A stretch of DNA of 64,000 bases, from positions 186,001 to 250,000 of the forward strand of contig JBLDXI010000007.1 in NCBI GenBank assembly GCA_047495785.1. The letters run 5' to 3'. The position numbers and the translations under genes were made by a program. The stretch is from Lepidodermella squamata. Lineage: Eukaryota; Animalia; Gastrotricha. Shown here piece by piece: positions 12,809 through 24,828 of this stretch (position 1 is the first letter of the stretch; the number at the start of each line of letters is the position of its first letter). The notes under the pieces are model-generated. The model was given only the letters and a program-made list of their open reading frames with translations. It did not search any database and was not told the DNA's origin.

Positions 12809-14696
12809 AACGTGGATCAAACCCTGAAATGATATCTGAACTTGTTTATAGTTTTTTTGGAATGACAATGTCATTAGATCAAAATGGAACAATTTATTCG
12901 ATTTGGCAAAGGAATAGTTGTTATCATCATTATTATTGATGTGATTACAGTTTGGAATGTCATCATTTTCAAGTTGCCGATTTGTTCAAATCCAATAAAA
13001 CAATGTGGACTCTGTTCAATGTGATTAAAAAACTTGCAGCGCTGTAATATATAATAGCTGAGAATTTCAAATAAAAGAGAAGTGGTGTTAGTTTAAGCCG
13101 GTTTTAAAAAAGCGCTATCAATTGCGGTGGTGGAAAGCTTGAAAGGCCCATCTTTCAAGTGACGATTACGAAAAAATGTCGACTCTTATATTCTTTTTAA
13201 GGAGTTTTTCACACTTGATAGACTTGCCTCATTTTACGTCCATGTCTTGTCACCGCAGTAATTCCCTCGCACTCGGGCAAAAATAAACCAATTTATGTAT
13301 CGATTGGTAGTAGAATCCTGAAAATCACAGGGCTGCACCATTTATCACAACAACAATAAACATCATGGGGAGTCACGACATCATTCTCGCCGCCCGCTCG
13401 TTGGCAAACAGTCAGCTAAAACAATGGCTAGCCCAAATTGTGATGTAAACAACAGCTTCAAGGGTTTCCAATTAAGTGATCATATATGTCGAGCCTATAC
13501 CAGTCGCTATTTACCCAACTGCGGTAGGTGGGAAGATGAAGTTGACGGATTTACAGCCAGGAAATAATAAAAGTGAGCAAAAAATTCGACCAAAAATCAC
13601 CATCGTCTGCATGCGATTGTCTCTACATCCGCCTAGTGTTGTTTTCATTTATTTACTTTTTATAGTATCAATATTAATATATATTCATCAGAGTTTGACA
13701 CAAGTTCGAATAATCGCGTCGCTGAGGTTGAACTGTTAAATATGCTTCGTATATAGCAATCTTGATTCAATTGCTAAGTTTGTCTGTGGTCTAATTAGCT
13801 GGCTAAATTGAGTGATCGAATCATCGATCGATAGCGGCCATTGTCCCTCTTCCCCCTGACAAGCTAATCGAATAGTAAATCAAATTGGACACAGAGGCCG
13901 TGAAATGTGCCATTGAAAAAAACAGGACCATTTGAAATTATATAGGCGAAGCGTGCTAATTGCGATTTTCTCACTTGCTATACAGCACAGGAAAAAATAA
14001 GGTTCACAAATTTTAAAGGATGCATAACTGCCCATTGCATGTTATAGCACATCCGATTGTGTACCCCGCCTACTCTGGCCCCTGGAACTTTATTTTGGGG
14101 TCACTTAGGTCCAATTTAATGGTAATACTGAAATAGCGCACTACTATCCCTTGTTTATTTCCAAGTCATTACGCCAATAATAATAATATCTTTTATATTG
14201 CTGAAATGTCAACGTTATCAAGGCTTTAGAGGGCGTTTTATAGTTATAATTCAATATAAGCCTTTTACTTATTGATCAAATTGTCAGTAAATTTTAAATT
14301 GGCCGGCTCAACGCAGTCCAGCAAATTTTGGTACTTATGTTTAAATCACTATCCGATAAGTTTAGTCTGTTTTAATGGAAGCATGACTATGATCGGTCAG
14401 ATAGTGTATCCCCATAGCATGGATTGACTTGTCATCATTGTTCTCTGAATATAAAATGAGTATAGAGGCTGTGTTATCATTTCTGATTTGTAAAATTTTT
14501 GCTCATTATTATTGGATAACCACGCGTTTCGTGATTTCGATTGATAGAACCTTTGTTCTCCAGGGTTTTCACAAGCCTAGTCATACTCCCGCGCTACCGC
14601 GCTACTAAACGCATACATTTTCTGATGATACATAAATTAGCTATAAAACTAATTTTAGCGTTTATTTCTCGCGATTTTTAGACATCAACTAGTGCA

Positions 14697-15308
14697 ATGC
14701 TGCTGAATTCGCTAGTTGCTCTTATTTCAATACTACTACTATCAAATCTGCTGTCACCTTGTGTTGCTATATCAGACCTGGAGGAGTTGAGTTCTTCCCA
14801 GCAAAGACCATTATTAATGAACGCAGCTAGAAGTAACGACAAGCTACTCGCAGGCTTGCTTCCACCCATGCGCTCATCATCCTTGTCTTCACCTGCGAGC
14901 CGGGAGGAAGACTTGCGATCTAGCGAAGAACTAGACCCATCGTCGGCTGAAGTCGGCGAATCTCTGGCGAGCAGCAAGTCCGATGAATCGATAACTGACG
15001 ATTTGTCGGGTCTCTACGCAACGAACCCTATGTTTCGGAAGCTGCTCTACGCGTGGGTTAAGCGATGGATGAGGCGCAATCCGAAATATCGATCGTTGTC
15101 TTCCAGATGGTCGGGATGCAAGCGGTGCGTCGAGGTGAGATTTTAGCAATTGAATTAAATTAAATTACTCAATTTTATCTATCAGGCATTCGCTTTTATA
15201 CTCAATAAAAATCTAGCGAAATTGTTGGACTGTCACCAACGCGAAAAGGCACTGAGGCGGGACCATAACGTACAAGCGAGGTGTGCAACTCTGTTGCTCG
15301 AATCGTGA
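14697..15308 (+). CDS. P9: divergent family member with a long Ser/acidic pro-region
   Basis: Exons 14697-15134 and 15186-15308; SGCKRCVE|AFAFILNKNLAKLLDCHQREKALRRDHNVQARCATLLLES*. TATAAAA at 14642. Confidence 0.8.
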
Positions 15309-16083
15309 CGGACGTTTAGTCATCGCTTTTCCATATATGTATTATAGTTTTTTGATCTCAAAAAATCAAATTTGTGTGTGTTATATTGTTTCTGCGTTCT
15401 CTCCTTCTCAAAAGCGAGGGCTTATTCTCTAAAAATAAATTGATCATATGGTACTTGACAAAATGTCTACTGTATTTTTTTATAATAAATTTTGGCGATC
15501 TATAATTTTTGTCATTTTTTGTTTTATTCCCGAGAAGACCAGTTTCCCGATTTTTTTTCAAAGTCGAGTGTTTCAGAATTAAGGTTCCATCCACAGGTTT
15601 CAAATGTAACGTCTTCCTTTTATTTTCAATTTTTTTTGTTATAATGCCTACCAGATAGATCGACGGTCAGTTTAGGAGTCAGACTTCAGAATTCAGTCTG
15701 CGGAGCCGATATCGATTTTAGAATCAGTCATTTTTGCAATAACATCAATCTAGGGAAGCAAACATGAGACTGATTACACACACCTGGGAGTTGGCGGGCG
15801 GCTAAAATAAATAATAATAAGGTCGTAGGGGGCACCAGTATCGATCAAGACAGGACTATAGGTCGATAACTGCGACAAAAAAATCGGAGAAATTTACATT
15901 TATTGCTAAATTTTAGAGCTAAAACGTCAAATTTAATGGTTCAACTACAGTTGGAGTAGTCTAAACCGGGCTATAAGGTCACACCTGCCAAAATGGTCCG
16001 CTTTAAAGTGAATCCAGCTGACATTATAAACCGGACTCAGTTTTAACTTTCAAAAGCCTGGAATGAGCTTAAAACGGGCAAAC

Positions 16084-16365
16084 ATAATAATAATAATAAT
16101 AATGGCTTTATTTATACTCCTTACGACTAAACGTCTCTAACGGTTTCCCGTTTTGAAGGAGTGGGCATTTTACTGCCTAACACAGACACACAGGGAATCA
16201 TGCGCACACACAGGCTTTGCATGTCCAGGTCCGGGAGCTGGGGCGAAGCGACTTGCTCAAGGCCGCAACACTTTTTGGTGTTGCTCTGTGGGCAGCTGGA
16301 ATCGAACGCACGACCTTCACGATGATGGGGGGCGCTCGATCCACTGCGCCACTGTGTTCCCCCCC
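16084..16365 (-). mobile_element. tRNA-derived SINE
   Basis: Minus strand: A box GTGGCGCAGTGG, B box GTTCGATTCC, CORE-like CCTTGAGCAAGTCGCTT, and a 3' AATAAA followed by an (ATT)n tail. Confidence 0.8.
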
Positions 16366-17300
16366 ACAACCTCGAAAATTTGAAAAATTGAAATTAATCT
16401 TTCATTTATTTTTTTTAAACCGACTTGACCCCTTAACCCTGGGCTACTATTAGGGAATATTAGCGAATGGGCTACTATTGAAAAAAATACGGTAAATCAC
16501 TGTAAAAATCACTGTAATTAATCGATTAATCGAGTTACGTAGCTAGATCTGGAATGATATGCCGAAATAATGAGGTGACTCTCGTCAGGCAGGTGCCTAC
16601 GTTTTCCTCCAAATCCTCTATAAGATTTACTTTATTTCCAAAAAGGTCCGGTCCGTTCTAGACCACCAGTCATGGACCAGTCCGGTTTAGAGAGTCCGGT
16701 TTATAGGCCTTAAATGTATAGGCCTTAACATGCTCCGGATCGAGACACCCATAATGGTCTAGGTTTAGGATAAGTCCGGTATCGGCGGTGCGGTTTAGAC
16801 AACTTTCACCATATTTAGACCCGTATAATTATAATTGCCTAATATAGAACTCATTTTCGGCAATGTGTGTGATTTGCGATTTCAAATCTGCTAATGATTC
16901 AATATTCGTTGCGGCCGACAGTATAAGGGTTGCACATCCCGGGATCGCTCGGTTCCGAAATTGGAACGATGAGACAAAAATCTCCAATATGATAATTAAA
17001 TCAAATTAATATATAATCATGTGGCTGCATACCGAAAGGCACGCGAACCGAAAGACATGCTGGCGTGAAATTTCTGAAATCAAGGGGCTCTCGATCGCTT
17101 GACATTTTGACAGGCGCTTGAATTTTTAAACGGCAGAGGTGTCTAATTCTAGCGAACAACAAATGAGTCTATTTTCACAACAACGAGGATGAAAAACAGC
17201 CGAAGCATAATTAAATTATGTCATTTTTTCACCGGGATGTCAAGTCAAAGTCGGAGTGCAATCAGAGCAGATTTCTATCTGTCCCAAACTTACTGTTTTC

Positions 17301-17705
17301 ATGTTTACCATGTTGCTTGAAAAATCATTATTCACGGTGTCGATCATCGTTATTCTAGCCGTTGGTTTCACAGGATTTTCCAAAGCTGATACCGATCTGC
17401 ACGGTGAGCTATATCTTGCATCGGCCTACCAGTTACGCCAGCAGGTTCACGAGCGGCTCAACGAGGCATCTTCCGAACTCGAAAAATTCACCGTCCTCAG
17501 CTGCATAAAATGCTTCCGGCTATTCACGCCAGCCAACATCGGCCGCGCTCTAGCCTGCATTGAGCACACCCTCGTCGAGCGGCTTGTCATCATTTACTAC
17601 AAATGTCTGAAGCCAGCCAACAGAAAACTCATGACCGAAGCGCTGAATTCAGCGCTGACACCTAATCAGCAAAATGCGGCCAGACTCTTCATCAACGGAC
17701 CGTGA
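17301..17705 (+). CDS. P10: intronless family member
   Basis: Single ORF with signal peptide; LSCIKCFRLFTPANIGRALACIEHTLVERLVIIYYKC. No intron after CxxCFx. Confidence 0.8.
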   Translation: MFTMLLEKSLFTVSIIVILAVGFTGFSKADTDLHGELYLASAYQLRQQVHERLNEASSELEKFTVLSCIKCFRLFTPANIGRALACIEHTLVERLVIIYYKCLKPANRKLMTEALNSALTPNQQNAARLFINGP

Positions 17706-17896
17706 TCACGCTATAATATAAGGAATTACTGATTAACCATACGCCGCGTTACCTATGATAAAGGCTTCACCGAAATTTTAATTAGCCAAGTAAACAAATT
17801 AATTGGCATGATCGGGTAAAAGCCACGTGCTGCAATATCGAATATTACGGATGTTCGCATTAGACACATCATATTAATGCTTTCGCTGCGAAAGAA

Positions 17897-18253
17897 ATGA
17901 ATAAAATTCTGTTAGATTTTATCGCAATTACCGTCTTGCTTGGCGTGATCTCATGTGCCAAACCACTACCACAATCCGACTATGGAGCTTACTTTGAAGA
18001 ATTCGTGAAATCTATGCAGAAAGGTCGAACTGTCGAGTTCACACGTATCGGCTGCCTCAAGTGTTTCGGGGTAAGATTATTCACATTATCGCGTTTTTTA
18101 GAGTTTCTTATAATCTTTTTATAGCACAATATTGTGAAAACAGTGGACTGCCTTCGACGTCCTGTATTGCAGCAAATGCGACTTATCCACCAGTTTTGCG
18201 TCACGCCGAGCAGCAGGAATTTAGGACTCAGTTCTAAGCCATTTGTAAGATGA
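17897..18253 (+). CDS. P11: secreted CxxCF/CLRRP family protein
   Basis: Exons 17897-18070 and 18125-18253; IGCLKCFG|HNIVKTVDCLRRPVLQQMRLIHQFCVTPSSRNLGLSSKPFVR*. Confidence 0.85.
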
Positions 18254-18689
18254 AAAAAGACTAAAAACTCATCTTTCATCTTTCATCATGGAATCTGCTA
18301 GCCCGTATTGTCCGTGATGATAGCTAGAAGCATTTCTGTCCGATATGTTAAGACGAATGATTGATAAAAATAAACATTTTTTGAACGAATTCGGACTGAT
18401 TGTTAGTAGAAACGCAGACGGTGTTGCGCGGTAAAGAATTTCATTCATAGAAACGGTTATTATTTTGGTAATTAATAACAGCACGCAATATATATCTCTA
18501 GGTGACACGTTGAATTCTCCGCCGCGACGGGTGACAAATATCGATCTCCATTCTAGAAATTGCAATACTTTTACAGCAGAAGATCAAAAGACCGCGTGGG
18601 GCGATACATTGAGATTATCTATTTATCAGATTTTTTTTGTCACGAAACCTCCAATAAAACGGAGCCGCTGAAGCTGTTCTATCATCGCG

Positions 18690-19108
18690 ATGTTCTTGAT
18701 GATGTTAGCGGCGGCGTTGGGATCTAATGCGATCCTACCGCTGAGAACCGGCCGTATTACGACCTCAACTTCAACCACACCCGCGACTGCAGCCCACACG
18801 CGACTGGGCAACGCGAATGAATACACAGATCTGAAAGCTACATTTGTCAGACTTTTCGCCTTCACCGTCCGAGCAAGCAATAACAAGTCTTTCGCCAGAA
18901 CAGCTTGTACGAAATGTTTTGCAGTGAGCTAATCATATTTCCACCTTATTTTTTGTTTATTATATTTTGTGTAAAAATACAGCATAACATGATAACAATG
19001 TACGAATGTCTTCACAAGTCCGGGCAGCAACAGCTGATGATGCTCTACGAGAAGTGCATCCTGACTGATACGGGTCACCGAAAACTGCGATTTCTCGATC
19101 GACGTTAA
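18690..19108 (+). CDS. P12: secreted CxxCF family protein
   Basis: Exons 18690-18923 and 18983-19108; TACTKCFA|HNMITMYECLHKSGQQQLMMLYEKCILTDTGHRKLRFLDRR*. Confidence 0.8.
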
Positions 19109-19305
19109 TCAAGTTCACAAATCGACTTTCTATCATTCATCACTCAATTTGACCGCAAAACGCTCCTGTATTAAAAATTCTGTCCCCGTGCGACGACACA
19201 CCGTGATAATATAAGAAAATCGGCGAATTTCGTGCCAGATTTGGACGGTTTTACGATTTATTTATAGCGACGATATAAATCTTTCACGATGACTAATAAA
19301 ACATG

Positions 19306-19631
19306 TTATAGACGACAGCCGACTGACTTTAAAAATTTGAGCCGTCCTGAGACGGGTCGGCGAATACAATCAAGTGTTCGCTTTGAGCTATACTATAATG
19401 AAAATATTTTATAAAAAAATATGTTGCTATATTTCATGGGGTCAAACTAACCTGAAAACAGTTGGAGCAAGCCTCTCGGGTGATACTCATCAAAGTTAAC
19501 ATTTCGCGATGTCGAGCTGTCAATTGAGCAAAATCACCTGACGACCTGAGATCACTTTCGTCCACATTTTGACACCTGATTATCGTTAGATTTACAGCCA
19601 GAAAAGCAGCAACATAGGATAAAGGATGCAT
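19306..19631 (-). CDS. P13: secreted CxxCF/CIRRP family protein
   Basis: Exons 19631-19452 and 19392-19306; EACSNCFQ|YSSKRTLDCIRRPVSGRLKFLKSVGCRL*. Confidence 0.85.
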
Positions 19632-19879
19632 TTTTATGAAAAAAATTAATAATTCTTCTACAATATTCTCCGCAACAGGATTCGTGACCAGGGAAATGAC
19701 CACCCCATGGTCCATTATTCAATTTTAAACAGCCGTTTCTAACAGTTTCATTGATTTTATTTATTATTATACAGGAGACCAGCCCTGGGCGTAAAAATTG
19801 ATTCACGTCAAAATGCTAAAATCTACGAAGCTAATTTCAGTCATTAAATTTTGATGACGGTGTGTACATGCGCGTCAGC

Positions 19880-20192
19880 TCACGATGCCATCAGGTAAAT
19901 CGGCGGGCATCTGTATGACTTCAAAAATCTCACCCGTCCAGTGTTCTCTCGCCTCAAACAATCCAGCGTTTTCTTGACGCTAAACTAAAATTAAAAAAAT
20001 AATTGTTCGTAAAATAAAACATGGGAAAATGGGTTAGCTAACTTGAAAGCACATTTGGCAAGCTGATGACGTCATTCCGTTAACCTTCTCTCTGATAGAC
20101 TGGCCTGCTTCCCATTTTTCAGAAGAGTTGGCTTCGGCGCTAGCTAAAACAATGGCTGCGATAGTAGCGATATACAGGAACCCTAAATGCAT
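19880..20192 (-). CDS. P14: secreted CxxCF/CLRR family protein (absent from the ORF track)
   Basis: Exons 20192-20043 and 19984-19880; MHLGFLYIATIAAIVLASAEA..SACQMCFQ|FSVKKTLDCLRRENTGRVRFLKSYRCPPIYLMAS*. Confidence 0.85.
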
Positions 20193-20739
20193 GCTTTTAA
20201 GTCTAAAATTAAAAAATTATATGTCGGTGTTTCGAGGCTTGCTACGACGATTTTTTGCTTTGCTATAAAAAATTGGGCCATGTAGTGAGTACTTGAGTTT
20301 ACATCGTGTTTATAGGATAAAGCAAGCCAAGCGTGAAATTCATGAACTCTTTGCTCCCATCAGCAGAGAATTTTAGGAAAAAGGATTAAAAAAACTGCCA
20401 TGATTTATGATTCTTAGTATTTATTAATTTTACTTTTATACAAACACGGCTTCTCGATATCGAATTTCAAAACCTGCGTTATCTCACAATCTTCTCTTGT
20501 TTATCGCAGCCGTACCAAAATTAATTTGACAAATTACGTTCCGGTCATGCAAAGAGAAGGAAGATAATTTGCTAATTGAAAGGCCAAAACAAGCCGCGCA
20601 TGAAATGATAAATAACCGGGTATAATTCAATTTCAGCTATTTTAAGCGAAACATCCGCCTCAAAACTATAATATAATATTATAAAATCAAAGAAAATAAC
20701 AAAATTATACGAATAATGGGTATTTTTTCATAAAATTGT

Positions 20740-21349
20740 TCACGAGCTCCTGGTCAAAGCATGTGGAATGAAGCAGTTTTTCTGGCGCAAGAACTTGAGT
20801 CGCGCCGGGGTACGCCTTCTCATGCAGTCCAAGGTATGAATCACGGTGTGCTGTAATAAAAAAACGAAATTTTAACGCGAATTTCTCATCGATTTTCAGA
20901 CTAACCGCGAAGCACTTGACACAAGCTTGTTTCGTCAGGCCATCCAACTCTTTGCTCACGCTAGGATCGTTGATAGCCGCGTTGACAACGCTTGGCTGCC
21001 ATACATTAGCTCCGTTCGAAGTACTGTCCACTGAATCACTTGCTTCAGTAGCCTCGACATTGCTTTGTGTTGTTGTTGCCTGGGTTGTGGTCGAACTAGC
21101 CGGAGCTGTAACCTCCTGAATAACTTGCCCCTTGTTGTCGAAAACCAAAATAGTCATAGGCTTTTGGGGCAGGCCGGTTTGGCGGAGACGGTACCGCTCG
21201 ACGGCGCTGTTGACGCTGGCACCGTTCAGGAAAAAATTGCTCATTTTTTGCTGAAGAGCCATCTGCGAAGATTGATCTACCGCTTGCCCGAACGCTACTT
21301 GCAGGCAGTACCCTGCAGCCAGGAGCACGCATGACAATGCCGTTCTCAT
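20740..21349 (-). CDS. P15: family member with a long pro-region
   Basis: Exons 21349-20906 and 20850-20740; QACVKCFA|HTVIHTLDCMRRRTPARLKFLRQKNCFIPHALTRSS*. Confidence 0.85.
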
Positions 21350-21914
21350 TTTTTAAACTCGCTTAAAGTTTTAGGATTCTAGTACTGTTTAGGAATAAAT
21401 GGTAATAGAATACAGGGGAAAATTTTATGCGACTTTAGTGAAGTCTGAAACCAACTATTTGACTGGCGGAGAGATTTTGTGAATAAATTAAAATGCGTGT
21501 TTTTTTCACACGTGTAGTACGGGTGTCACAAATAATATGAATTGAATTTGCTTGGTTCCGAAAAACAAGCCTGGCAGCTATCAGTTCTAATTTAGCTATT
21601 AGCTGTTGACACGAGCTTCGCTATACAAATTGCCCATTTTTTATGACAGCCGCCGGGTTTTTTAGATCCAGATGAAAATCTCTCGATTTAAATGCGAGTG
21701 CTAGCCGAGGGATATTTTTCTCGAACTACATAAGCCGGAGCCGAAAATCCTTTCTTTTACCTGGCCGATTTGTGTGGGCGCAGTATAACTAGGGACGGAA
21801 ATTAAATTGGCCATGCGTGAAAAATAGATGTTTTTTCAAGTCGCACGGATGTCCAATCTAAGTTTTTGTTAAACAAAGTTTTTAAAATTGATTACAATAT
21901 AATTTTATTTATTT

Positions 21915-23666
21915 TTAGCAACATCGCTTCGGCTCAAAATAGTAGTAAGAAAATTCGATGCTATCTCGATAATCTGGCGTTGCTTCTACGGCAGGCGTAG
22001 GAGATGAAAAAATAGGGTCAGATACAGTTGACGATCTTTTGACTCTTAAAAACACATCATTCTGTCCACTATTCGAAGCAATCGTCCAAAAATCAAGCGA
22101 CTGCGGCGCTACTGTTATCGATGACGCTTGTTTTTCGCTCAAAGTTATTTCGGGAATGGAATTCGCACTTTGCGTCGAAGTGGTCGATGTCGTAGAAGAT
22201 GTTGTGAGTGGCGATGAGTTGGCTGACAGGCTACTCATTAACGTTGATTGCTCGTCGTAGTGAGAGGTCAAGTTTGAAGAGATGAGGAAATTTTTATTGC
22301 TCATCACATCACCGGGTCGAGGGAGTAGAAAAGCTGCGACTAGAACTGACGCAATTATCACTAATGCGAGCTGTAAATATAGAAAAAAAAATGCGGAAAA
22401 AATGTAAAAAATTTATCTAACACCCACTTTTGTGATGGACTGAAGTTTCAAGCGGAAGAATTTCATGAAGGTTAAAGCTACTTTAGCGGCCGAAAACTGC
22501 ACCATCGTCGAAATTATTACCTAATTTAATCGTATTATTATAATTATTTTCAATTATTTCAACTTTACATTGGTCAGCTGTTGATCGTCTTGGGTGGAGA
22601 TGCCATGTTTCATCAGGTCTTGATTAGAAAAAATCGTTTTAAAGCTGCTTTGTAGCCTCTTAGCAGAGTTGTTAAGGTAGACCGAAGAAAAAATGTGAAT
22701 TAATAGATATTTTGTGCCGAATACCGCAGCAATTGCCCACGTTGTCTTGTCGAAATAAGACTTCTTTGCCGGAAATCCAAGATCAGGAAATAGCTGAGCA
22801 GCATTGATGACAACGGAATAGAGCCCGAACAGCATGGTGGCCGCTATTATTGGGCAAGCCAAGCTGTCGAGTGATTTAACTTGCTTCACAAGATGGGCGT
22901 GCGATTTCAGCACGTTATCCATCGGCCATTCCTCGCGATTGTTCATCGGCTGAGTTTCCGAGCCGTGATGCCGGCCTTTACACTCGAGATATTCGACAAG
23001 AACTTTAAACTGATAAGCTGCTGCAATTGTCAAGTTGACCAGAAAGTAATTTCCGAACAGCAACGCCGAATCGCCGATTAGCCAACTACCGAGTGCCGTA
23101 GCTGCAGATAACGTGAAGGAGCCGACGTTGCTTAATTTGATTTCTCGCCGTGTAATCGGTCCGGTTATAGCGATGGCGAAACTGAAGGAATTACTTGCAT
23201 TTAAACAAAGCCAGCACCAGCAAGTAATTGTGACAACCAGTCCGAAGTTACGTTTTTTCAGCGATTTCGCATGACTCTGGTCGAGGTAGTCCAAAACCGG
23301 CGAACCTCCAATCAATGCCTCCAGAACTTTTAGCCAACTTCTTCGCCAGTTCGCGATAAGCAGTGACGTTCGGATGACACAACTTGATAGGTAGTACAGC
23401 AGTTGAATGAGTGCAGTCAAAATTCGAGTCGGCTTGTCTCGGGGCAGGTATAAAGCGAATACTGTGACGAGCTGGGCAGCGTGAAGCCAAGCGAGGCAGC
23501 ACAGCAAAAACGGATAAATAAAGTACAGAAGTTTTGACCGAATTGTAATAACGGACGCCTGTTCTGGTGGGAAAAGAGGACCGAGTGGTAACAGACCAGT
23601 CACTTGCATCGAGCGCAAAAGAGGCGCAAAAGTCGCCGCATGCGCCCGGGGCCCATCTGGTAACAT
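21915..23666 (-). CDS. Gustatory receptor-like 7TM chemoreceptor with a long C-terminal extension (~548 aa)
   Basis: Exons 23666-22569, 22520-22428, 22370-21915, with two phase-0 introns near the C-terminus as in GR genes. N-terminal PLLRSMQVTGLLP, HAHLVKQVKSLD before TM5, LTFMKFFRLK before TM7. Confidence 0.7.
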
Positions 23667-24398
23667 GGGACTCTCTTACACAATAAATTCAGGGCATCCT
23701 TTGCCTTCGTTCAATTGAAAAAATCTGTGAAAATAGAAAAGGCGGTAGATCAATCGTTAAAACACGGCAAGATAATGAAATTCTGCTCTGATGTTACATT
23801 ATTTTTTTCGCACTTTTTATTAAACAAGTTGGGTATTAGTAACTTTGGGTATAAATCAGAATATAAATAAAGATCTAGTACGAACTATAAAATAAATTGT
23901 TTACCTCTCAACTATACGGACGTCAGTCTGGAATAAAGAAAAATTATTGCAAAAAGCCTCTTAAATTGAGAAAAATTAGCGAATCGAAAATACTTCCTTT
24001 CGTAATCAATTAAAAGTTGGAAGGCTTCGGCTGCCCTTACCTGTATAATCAAAACAGGAAGGGAGAGTCGTGTTTAACTGTAATAACTCGCCGGCCCAAG
24101 CAACTGTTTTTTCTATTATACATAATAAATTTCAGGAAAAAATAATCACGCGCAGTATACTGAGGATACCTAGATGTTATATTCGCAAGATAAATAACGA
24201 AAAACAATATGGAATCCTTAAATGCACCTCGTATTTTTAGTATCTTACACGTATTTATGTGTGATTCCGATAGGGAAATGTTATGTGAGATACATATATC
24301 AACAATCGATGGTGTTGCGGCAAAACTTGTTGTTTGTTAAACTGCGCTTGTCATATTCAAGAGGACTGCGCGCGTAATCTACCCGTGCCACAAATAAA

Positions 24399-24433
24399 CC
24401 GCGCGCGCGCACACACACGCACACACACACACA
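24399..24433. repeat. (GC)n(AC)n microsatellite
   Basis: cgcgcgcgcgcacacacacgcacacacacacaca. Confidence 0.9.
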
Positions 24434-24828
24434 TCGCCAATTTGTGCGCATAAAAAAGAGGGTCATCATATAAGTGTGTGCGCAATCGCCGCTAATTTGC
24501 TTTCCCGTTTAATATTTTTATTGTGCGCATGAATAATTCATTTCCTCTACACTTGGCTATCCACCTGGTCTTGGAAAAGTATCATTTTGAGGTGGAGATT
24601 CGACTGGGAAGTAGCTTGATTTGGTAATTAGAATTCACTGCTTTTTCTCAATTTAATATTAAGTCTTGAATTGCCGCTCGATATTGCCCACTCGTCTGCG
24701 ATTTTTATGATTTATCTCATCCCTGGTGCTAAACTCTTGAAACTTGCGACTCATTTATTTCAAAAATCAAACATAGGATATGAGCTAAATATAAACTATT
24801 CGCGACGATCGACTAATATTATAATGAT

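Noticed and set aside
16290-16365. tRNA gene
   Set aside because: A and B boxes are present but continue into a SINE body and (ATT)n tail; no convincing cloverleaf.
4980-20300. Shared TGACG/TGATGTCA promoter motif upstream of the P genes
   Set aside because: Short, variably placed and not distinguishable from chance without motif-enrichment analysis.
5495-21349. P family as CHH/ITP, eclosion hormone, saposin or insect CSP (OS-D)
   Set aside because: Only CxxC and helical character are shared. Cys spacing and intron position differ from those families as I know them. A remote relationship needs HHpred or Foldseek.
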